Source: Squalus acanthias (lineage: Eukaryota). Taken from it: a stretch of 64,000 nucleotides of DNA. Position numbers and translations under genes: made by a program. Positions 61,942-64,000 of this stretch are shown in pieces (position 1 is the stretch's first letter; every line of letters begins with the position of its first letter). The stretch covers positions 103,914,001 through 103,978,000 of the forward strand of contig CM059432.1 in NCBI GenBank assembly GCA_030390025.1, in the 5' to 3' direction. The notes beneath the pieces are model-generated. The model did not search any database. It was given only the letters and a program-made list of their open reading frames with translations, and had not been told where the DNA came from.

Positions 61942-62377
61942 AATGTTCTTAACTTTTACTTTCTGTCTCTTTTATCTCTCTCTCTTAATCCCATCTTTCT
62001 TTCCCTCTCTTTATTTCACTTTCTTTACCTGATTTGACATTGAATTCATTATTCTAACTGACAATTTTCTGGTTCCATCTCTGCGCCACTCATTAACGCT
62101 TCTTCAGTCTTATTGGTTAAGGAAACAGACAGGTGGCCTAGAAATTTGTCGCGGGCGGTGGCGCAAAACGGGCAGTACCATCCAAGATGAATTTCTAGCC
62201 CCTAGTGGCCTACCCTGTTCACACAGGTCCTCGATGCCCTGTACAGGGCACTACGCTGAAATGGGTTTCTAATCACAGCAAATTCCAGTGCAAAACCTCA
62301 TAAAAAGTCTGTGGGCAAGTGCAAGTTTAATGGACAGCTGATGCTACTCGTTCATCACTGACCGCAAAATCTGGCCC
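61942..62377 (+). mobile_element. Right half of a family A MITE
   Basis: Colinear with about 29070-29389; ends GCAAAATCTGGCCC. Confidence 0.75.
62134..62202. mobile_element. Tiny (~69 bp) Harbinger-type MITE
   Basis: TIRs GGCCTAGAAATT / GGGCTAGAAATT. Confidence 0.7.
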
Positions 62378-62614
62378 AATATTGTTACTTTTTCTTCCTA
62401 ATTTACTATTTTTTAAATTTCTCTCTTCCTCTCCTGAAACCAGTGAATCTTACTGCAGTAATGCACAAATGCCAGCTACTATCTTTTACCTCACCTGAGT
62501 GGCCATTTTTCTTGTGTGAGGCGAGGCAGGTAGTGTCAGGTGGCTATTTGACTACTCAGGGTGTCACAGCTGAGCCTGATCCTTCCCTCCCCTGACATCC
62601 ACATAGATGTTCAC

Positions 62615-62910
62615 TCCCAAACCCGCGACCTCTACCACCTAGAAGGACAAAGGCAGCAGGCGCATGGGAACACCTCCACCTCCAAGTTACACACCATCCT
62701 GACTTGGAAATATATTGCCATTCCTTCATCATTGCTGGGTCAAAATCCTGGAACTCCCTCCCTAACAGCACTATGGGAGTACCTTCACCACACGGACTGC
62801 AGCGGTTCAAGAGGGCAGCTCACCACCACCTTCTCAAGGGCAATTAGGGATGGGCAATAAATGCTGGCCTTGCCAGCGACGCCCACATCCCAGGAATGAA
62901 TTTTTAAAAA
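62615..62910 (+). mobile_element. 3' fragment of the Zenon-like LINE
   Basis: Matches the reverse complement of 44781-45100. Confidence 0.9.
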
Positions 62911-63426
62911 TGCACTTTCTAGCAGGGTCAGGTTATTGATCAGAAGCAGGAATTCTAGCTAATTTTCCCTTCCCTTGATCAGGAGTGAAGAGGCCAACCC
63001 TACCCACCAACCTGGCTGAGATCAGCTGGCTCAGCATTCGAACAGCTATATTCATTTCATTAAAATGACACATCTTTTTACAGCCATCATAAATCATTAC
63101 TTTCCATAATATACCTCACGCCCAGTCCTTATGTACTCTCCAGATACACTTTCTGCTGTTGACAATGAATGGGAAGAAAATCTCGCCCATAAATGCTGAC
63201 TCTACCGCACTTTACAACATGAATCATACCCCCCTTTTCTGTTGTGATTAAAATTTGTATTGAACAATCAGAGTTAACCAAAGATATCCTGTAAACATCA
63301 CAACATACTCAATCATTACAGGGCGATAAATTACAAAATTTATGTGCAGATTATAGAGAGAAAGTACACTAAACAGCAAAAAATAGATGAACTAAGTGCA
63401 GCAACAGAACTAGACAAGACACATTG

Positions 63427-64000
63427 GCCCAAAAATTCGGCCGTTCTCGGGTGAGTACTCAGTGCGTACTCACCCGTATTCGTTCCCGAAGTGCCGGTTT
63501 CCTGCATGCACTGCGCATGCGCGGGAAAACGCCACTTTATGGCGAAGGGGGCGGTTCCTAGGTGAACCGCGTGCGCACTAGAGGCTGCGCACACGCAGCA
63601 CACTTTGTTTTTTTTTCAGGTTTCAACGCGAGGGTAAGTATTGAAGATTCTACGCTAGTAAAAAGGAGGCGTAAGACCCCTTTTGAACAAGGTAAGTAGT
63701 TAATTAAGTATAATTTAAAAAATTTTCAACAGGTTTATCTTTTTTAGAGACTTTAAAGAAAGGTAAGTTTATTTTTATAACTTTTAAAAAGTATTTTAAT
63801 TTTTTCAAAAATTTTAATTTTTGTTTAAAGTGGTTAATTTATTTAACTATAGTTATTTTATTAATGTGATGGGTTTTTAAAAAAATTTATTTGAGGTTTA
63901 GCTGTTCTTTTGGGGCCAATTTCAATTCACAGATTTGACAGGTCTCCTGTCAAATCTATGAATGAAAGATGGTGTGCTGCCATTGGCTCTCCATGGCCCA
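63427..64000. mobile_element. Harbinger-type MITE, truncated by the window end
   Basis: Starts GGCCCAAAAATTCGG; hairpin cgggtgagtac/gtactcacccg; AT-rich interior. Confidence 0.55.

Overview
Vertebrate repeat-dense DNA, most likely from a cartilaginous fish (shark/ray). This is inferred from HE1-like V-SINE, SacSINE1/DeuSINE-like and CR1 tail sequences. I recognise no host protein-coding exon, so it looks like a long intron or intergenic region. It consists mostly of nested mobile elements: several PIF/Harbinger transposons (DDE transposase plus a convergent 3-exon Myb/SANT-like gene) and their MITEs; a hAT (Charlie/Buster-like) element with an 8-bp TSD; many CR1 LINEs, one with an uninterrupted ORF2; a CR1-Zenon-like LINE; an L2 fragment; a Penelope-like element with inverted pLTRs and hammerhead ribozyme motifs; a solo LTR; SINEs; and three minisatellites. 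The most notable observations are: (1) the intact CR1 ORF2 has no AUG before its endonuclease domain and overlaps the ORF1 stop at an in-phase U_UUA_AAC slippery heptamer (candidate -1 frameshift); (2) a single-ORF LINE whose 5' end is a tRNA-derived Pol III head; (3) a candidate recursive splice site on the minus strand; (4) Harbinger derivatives that kept the Myb gene but lost the transposase core, including a chimera of two subfamilies. Boundaries were read by eye. Those without a TSD or TIR are approximate, and family names come from motif recognition, not database searches.
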